Assembly (NCBI GenBank): GCA_045650645.1
Contig: JAZRRJ010000026.1
Coordinates: forward strand, 4,704-68,703
Origin: Faecalimonas sp.
GTDB taxonomy: Bacteria; Bacillota; Clostridia; Lachnospirales; Lachnospiraceae
Reading direction: 5' to 3'
DNA: 64,000 nucleotides
Positions 59,881 through 64,000 of this stretch are shown one piece after another. Both the position numbers and the translations under genes were made by a program. A model generated the notes under the pieces. That model did no database searches. It saw only the letters and a program-made list of their open reading frames with translations, and had not been told where the DNA came from. Numbering within the stretch: the stretch's first letter is position 1; each line of letters starts with the position of its first letter.

Positions 59881-60249
59881 ATGTTAGTTAAAATAGACTT
59901 TAATAGTGAAGAAGCTATTTATATGCAAGTGAGAAATCAAATCATTATGGGAATTGCAACTTCTCAAATTCACGAAGGGGATTCGCTTCCGTCTGTGAGA
60001 CAAATGGCGGATATAATCGGTATTAACATGCATACTGTTAATAAAGCATATGCAGTGCTTCGTGAGGAAGGAATTATTCAATTGGACAGAAGGCGTGGTG
60101 CGGTCGTTGCTATTGATATGAATCGACTACAAGCGCTGGCAGATATGAAACAGCAATTGAGAGTGGTTCTTGCAAAAGGGAGATGTAAAAATATTACAAA
60201 AGAAGATATCTACGATTTGGTAGACGAGATTATGAATGAGTATTGTTAG
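59881..60249 (+). CDS. GntR family (YtrA subfamily) transcriptional regulator
   Basis: IYMQV, LPSVRQMA..IGINMHTVNKAY; short helical C-terminus. Confidence 0.9.
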   Translation: MLVKIDFNSEEAIYMQVRNQIIMGIATSQIHEGDSLPSVRQMADIIGINMHTVNKAYAVLREEGIIQLDRRRGAVVAIDMNRLQALADMKQQLRVVLAKGRCKNITKEDIYDLVDEIMNEYC

Positions 60250-60266
60250 TTGGGAGGTCGGCAAAT

Positions 60267-62693
60267 ATGCAGAAAGAATTTACAGCACAAGCCGAGAAAG
60301 CATTAGTAACAGCGAAGAAATTGGCAAAGAAGTGGAACCATTTATATGTTGGAACAGAACATCTTTTATTGGCACTTCGTCAGGAGTATGTGGGAGTTGC
60401 AGGGCAAGTGCTTGCAATGAATCGTATAGAAGAAGATGAGATTAAAAGAATTATAGAAGAATTGGTTGCACCGGCAGAAGGTGTGAAAAAGAATAAGATT
60501 GAATTTAGTCCGAGATTAGAATTTCTCTTGGATAATGCGTTGATGGAAGCAGTACGCCAAAATTCAGAAAAGATTGGAACCGAGCACATGTTACTTGCCA
60601 TGATGAAAGATGGAGATAGTGTGGCAACTCGTATTTTAGTTACTTTGAATGCGGATTTAGGGAAATTGCAGGAGGATATTTTGGAGGCAGTTGGGATAAA
60701 TCCAAAAGAATATATGGAAGATATCCTTGAAGGCGGACGTGTGCCGGGCGGTGCTTTGGAACAATTTGCAACGGATTTGACTGCAAAAGCTGCAGAGGGG
60801 AAATTAGATCCTGTGATCGGCCGCAAAGAGGAAATTGAACGTCTTATGCAAGTGCTTACCAGACGTGCCAAGAACAATCCGTGTTTGATTGGTGAACCAG
60901 GGGTTGGAAAAACAGCTATCATAGAAGGTCTTGCAAGTCGAATTGCAGAAGGACTTGTTCCAGAACTTATTAAAGAAAAGAGAATTCTTACGTTGGATTT
61001 ATCTTCCATGGTAGCAGGAACAAAGTATCGAGGCGAGTTTGAAGACCGTATGAAAAAACTTTTACAAGAAGTAAAAGCGGATAAAAATGTAGTTCTATTT
61101 TTGGATGAAATTCACACAATCATCGGTGCAGGGGGTTCAGAGGGTGCGTTAGATGCGGCAAATATTTTGAAACCGTCAATGTCTCGCGGTGAGATTCAAT
61201 TAATTGGTGCTACGACCATTACGGAATATCGAAAGCATATCGAAAAAGATGCAGCATTAGAACGAAGATTTCAACCGATTATGATTGAAGAGCCAAGTGA
61301 AATGCTCTGCAAAGAAATTTTGCAGGGACTGAAAGAAAAGTATGAAGCCCATCATAGAGTGAATATTTCAGAGGAAACAATCATTGCAGCAATTGAACTA
61401 TCGCAACGCTATATTCATGACCGATATTTGCCGGACAAAGCGCTGGACGTGCTGGATGAAGCATGCTCAAAGGTGAGCTTAAAAGGATACAAAGTTCCGG
61501 AACAATTGGAACAACTGGAGAAAGAACTGAAAGAATTATCTTTTAATAAAGAAGAAGAAATTAAAAAAGGAAATTTTTCAGAAGCATCACTTCTTCATCA
61601 AGAGCAGGAACAAATTGTTAAGAAAATGAACAATATCAAAAAGAATTTCCATAAGGCACAAGAAAAAGGAGAATTGTTTGTTTTGGAAGAGGATGTTGCA
61701 GCTGTTGTATCTGCATGGACGAAGATTCCCGTGCAGAAATTAACAGAGTCAGAAAGCTCTCGGCTTAGAAAATTAGAAATGGCGATTCATAAGCGTGTGA
61801 TTGGTCAGGAAGAAGCAGTATCAGCTGTTGCAAAAGCAATCAAGCGTGGGCGAGTAGGAATTAAGAGCCCAAATAGACCAATAGGATCATTCTTGTTTCT
61901 TGGTCCTACAGGTGTTGGAAAAACGGAACTTGCAAAAGCCCTTGCAGAGGCGCTTTTTGGAAAAGAAGATGCAATGGTTCGTGTAGACATGTCTGAATAC
62001 ATGGAAAAACATAGCGTGTCCAAAATGATTGGTTCACCACCGGGATATGTGGGTCACGATGAAGGTGGTCAATTGAGTGAAAAAGTGAGAAGAAATCCAT
62101 ATTCGGTTGTGTTATTTGATGAGATTGAAAAAGCACACCCAGATGTATTTAATATTTTGCTTCAAGTGTTGGATGATGGACACATTACAGATTCTCAAGG
62201 AAGAAAAGTGGATTTCCGAAACACGGTAATCATCATGACGTCAAATGCTGGTGCGAAAGCGATTGTAGAACCGAAAAAATTGGGATTTGGTGCGAAAGAG
62301 GATGCAGCAGAAGATTATAAGAAAATGAAATCAAATGTAATGGAAGAAGTGAAGAAATTGTTCCGTCCGGAATTTTTGAATCGTATTGATGAGACAATTG
62401 TATTCCATTCATTGAATGAAGAGCATCTAAAGAAGATTGTAAGTCTCATGTGTAATGAGTTAGCTGAACGTGTAAAAATTCAATTGGGCATCAAGTTGAC
62501 GATTCGTGATTCTGTAAAGAAATATATTGTGGAAAAAGGAACAGATAAAAAATATGGTGCAAGGCCACTTCGGCGTGCATTGCAGACAGAACTAGAAGAC
62601 CGATTGGCAGAAGCAATCTTGAATGGCACTGTACAATCAAACAGTAAAGTTGCCGTCGGTGTGTCAAAAGGTGAAATCAAATTTATGTGTTAG
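60267..62693 (+). CDS. clpC: ATP-dependent Clp protease ATP-binding subunit ClpC
   Basis: Two Clp-N repeats (GTEHLL, GTEHML), GEPGVGKT, GPTGVGKT, GYVG pore loop and the LGF ClpP-docking loop. Confidence 0.95.
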   Translation: MQKEFTAQAEKALVTAKKLAKKWNHLYVGTEHLLLALRQEYVGVAGQVLAMNRIEEDEIKRIIEELVAPAEGVKKNKIEFSPRLEFLLDNALMEAVRQNSEKIGTEHMLLAMMKDGDSVATRILVTLNADLGKLQEDILEAVGINPKEYMEDILEGGRVPGGALEQFATDLTAKAAEGKLDPVIGRKEEIERLMQVLTRRAKNNPCLIGEPGVGKTAIIEGLASRIAEGLVPELIKEKRILTLDLSSMVAGTKYRGEFEDRMKKLLQEVKADKNVVLFLDEIHTIIGAGGSEGALDAANILKPSMSRGEIQLIGATTITEYRKHIEKDAALERRFQPIMIEEPSEMLCKEILQGLKEKYEAHHRVNISEETIIAAIELSQRYIHDRYLPDKALDVLDEACSKVSLKGYKVPEQLEQLEKELKELSFNKEEEIKKGNFSEASLLHQEQEQIVKKMNNIKKNFHKAQEKGELFVLEEDVAAVVSAWTKIPVQKLTESESSRLRKLEMAIHKRVIGQEEAVSAVAKAIKRGRVGIKSPNRPIGSFLFLGPTGVGKTELAKALAEALFGKEDAMVRVDMSEYMEKHSVSKMIGSPPGYVGHDEGGQLSEKVRRNPYSVVLFDEIEKAHPDVFNILLQVLDDGHITDSQGRKVDFRNTVIIMTSNAGAKAIVEPKKLGFGAKEDAAEDYKKMKSNVMEEVKKLFRPEFLNRIDETIVFHSLNEEHLKKIVSLMCNELAERVKIQLGIKLTIRDSVKKYIVEKGTDKKYGARPLRRALQTELEDRLAEAILNGTVQSNSKVAVGVSKGEIKFMC

Positions 62694-62709
62694 ATAAAAG
62701 GAGGCACAA

Positions 62710-64000
62710 ATGGCAAAAGGAAAGAAAAGCATATTTTTTTGTCAGAATTGTGGACATGAAGAAACGAAGTGGTTAGGTCAATGCCCGATGTGCAAAGAGT
62801 GGAATACGTTTGTAGAAGAGATGGTTTCTAATGTAAATGTGGGTAGCGTGAAACAGACAAAAGATATAGAAGTGATTGCGCTTAGCGAGGTGGAAGTTGA
62901 TTGTGAAGAACGACTTTGCACAGAAATAAAAGAACTGGACCGTGTGTTGGGTGGTGGAATTGTTCCAGGCTCACTCGTGCTAGTAGGAGGGGATCCTGGA
63001 ATTGGAAAATCCACATTGCTTCTACAGGTGTGTAAAAAACTTTGCGAAAAGAAACAAGAAGTACTTTATATTTCGGGTGAGGAATCTTTAAAACAGATTA
63101 AAATGCGTGCAAATCGAATTGGTGAATTTGTCAATCATTTATATTTACTTTGTGAAACAAATTTGGATTTAATTCAAAATGTGATTGAAAAACGAAAGCC
63201 ATCGTTTGTTGTGATTGATTCTATCCAAACGATGTATTGCGAAGAGGTCTCCTCAGCACCGGGAAGCGTTTCTCAGGTAAGGGCTACCACGCATGTTTTA
63301 ATGCAGCTGGCAAAAGGATTGGGGATTCCAATCTTTATTGTGGGACATGTGACAAAAGAAGGAAATGTTGCAGGTCCAAGAGTTTTAGAACATATGGTAG
63401 ATACCGTGCTATATTTTGAAGGGGATCGACATGCATCGTATCGTATTTTAAGAGGTGTGAAGAATCGTTTTGGTTCCACCAATGAAATTGGTGTATTTGA
63501 AATGCGACAAAATGGCTTGGTGGAAGTGGATAACCCATCAGAATTTTTGTTAAATGGGAAACCAGAACATGCATCGGGTTCTGTTGTGACTTGTTCTATT
63601 GAAGGAACACGTCCAATTCTTATAGAGATTCAAGCACTCGTTTGTGGTAGCAATTTTGGAATGCCAAGAAGAACTGCCGCGGGAACAGATTATAATCGAG
63701 TGAATCTTTTGATGGCAGTTTTGGAAAAGCGAGCAGGTCTACAATTGTCTACACAAGATGCATATGTAAACATTGCCGGAGGCGTAAAGATGAATGAACC
63801 TGCAATTGATTTGGGGATTGTTATGGCCTTAGTTTCGAGTTATAAGAATCGACCGATTGATGAAAAGACAATGGTATTTGGTGAGGTTGGTTTGAGCGGA
63901 GAGGTGAGAGCTATTAGCATGCCGGAACAGCGTGTGGCAGAGGCAAAAAAATTGGGATTTGAAACTTGTATCATTCCGGAGGTTTCTAAAAATGCTGTTA
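62710..64000 (+). CDS. radA: DNA repair protein RadA/Sms; 3'-truncated by the window edge (not in the ORF track)
   Basis: MAKGKKSIFFCQNCG...WLGQCPMCKEWN C4 zinc finger, GGDPGIGKSTLL and KNRFG motifs. Confidence 0.96.
   Translation, partial: MAKGKKSIFFCQNCGHEETKWLGQCPMCKEWNTFVEEMVSNVNVGSVKQTKDIEVIALSEVEVDCEERLCTEIKELDRVLGGGIVPGSLVLVGGDPGIGKSTLLLQVCKKLCEKKQEVLYISGEESLKQIKMRANRIGEFVNHLYLLCETNLDLIQNVIEKRKPSFVVIDSIQTMYCEEVSSAPGSVSQVRATTHVLMQLAKGLGIPIFIVGHVTKEGNVAGPRVLEHMVDTVLYFEGDRHASYRILRGVKNRFGSTNEIGVFEMRQNGLVEVDNPSEFLLNGKPEHASGSVVTCSIEGTRPILIEIQALVCGSNFGMPRRTAAGTDYNRVNLLMAVLEKRAGLQLSTQDAYVNIAGGVKMNEPAIDLGIVMALVSSYKNRPIDEKTMVFGEVGLSGEVRAISMPEQRVAEAKKLGFETCIIPEVSKNAV

Noticed and set aside
60380-61009. 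209-aa antisense ORF in clpC, and similar antisense ORFs in purD, hflX, pyrD and hisF
   Set aside because: Typical shadow frames opposite conserved genes; no independent signals
1-64000. CRISPR arrays, tRNA/rRNA genes, IS elements, prophage structural genes
   Set aside because: No spaced direct repeats, no cloverleaf other than the tmRNA, and no transposase or phage structural ORFs seen by eye; short or degenerate repeats could have been missed

Overview
Low-GC chromosomal window from a Firmicute. Gene content and order suggest Clostridia, probably Lachnospiraceae-like (inference). It is mostly housekeeping: htpG, ligA, trxA/trxB, tmRNA (ssrA), hisH/hisF, ung, hflX, addB/addA, ftsE/ftsX, pyr and pur genes, clpC and a partial radA. 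I found no CRISPR array, integrase, transposase, rRNA or tRNA. The most interesting part is an accessory-looking block between purA and pyrE (about 40.7-47.8 kb). It carries a putative ADP-ribose module: a Macro+HTH protein, a GTCGC-N7-GCGAC palindrome, a stand-alone vWA protein, an ADP-ribosylglycohydrolase, an unannotated 50-aa EF-hand microprotein and a histidine phosphatase. Also notable are an AraC/DUF4091 (GH123-like)/HexNAc-kinase-like sugar unit, a P-loop kinase-CYTH fusion, RBS-containing hairpins overlapped by sporulation-type promoters, and a structured GC-rich element between pyrF and pyrK. All family calls come from motif recognition by eye; no database searches were run.
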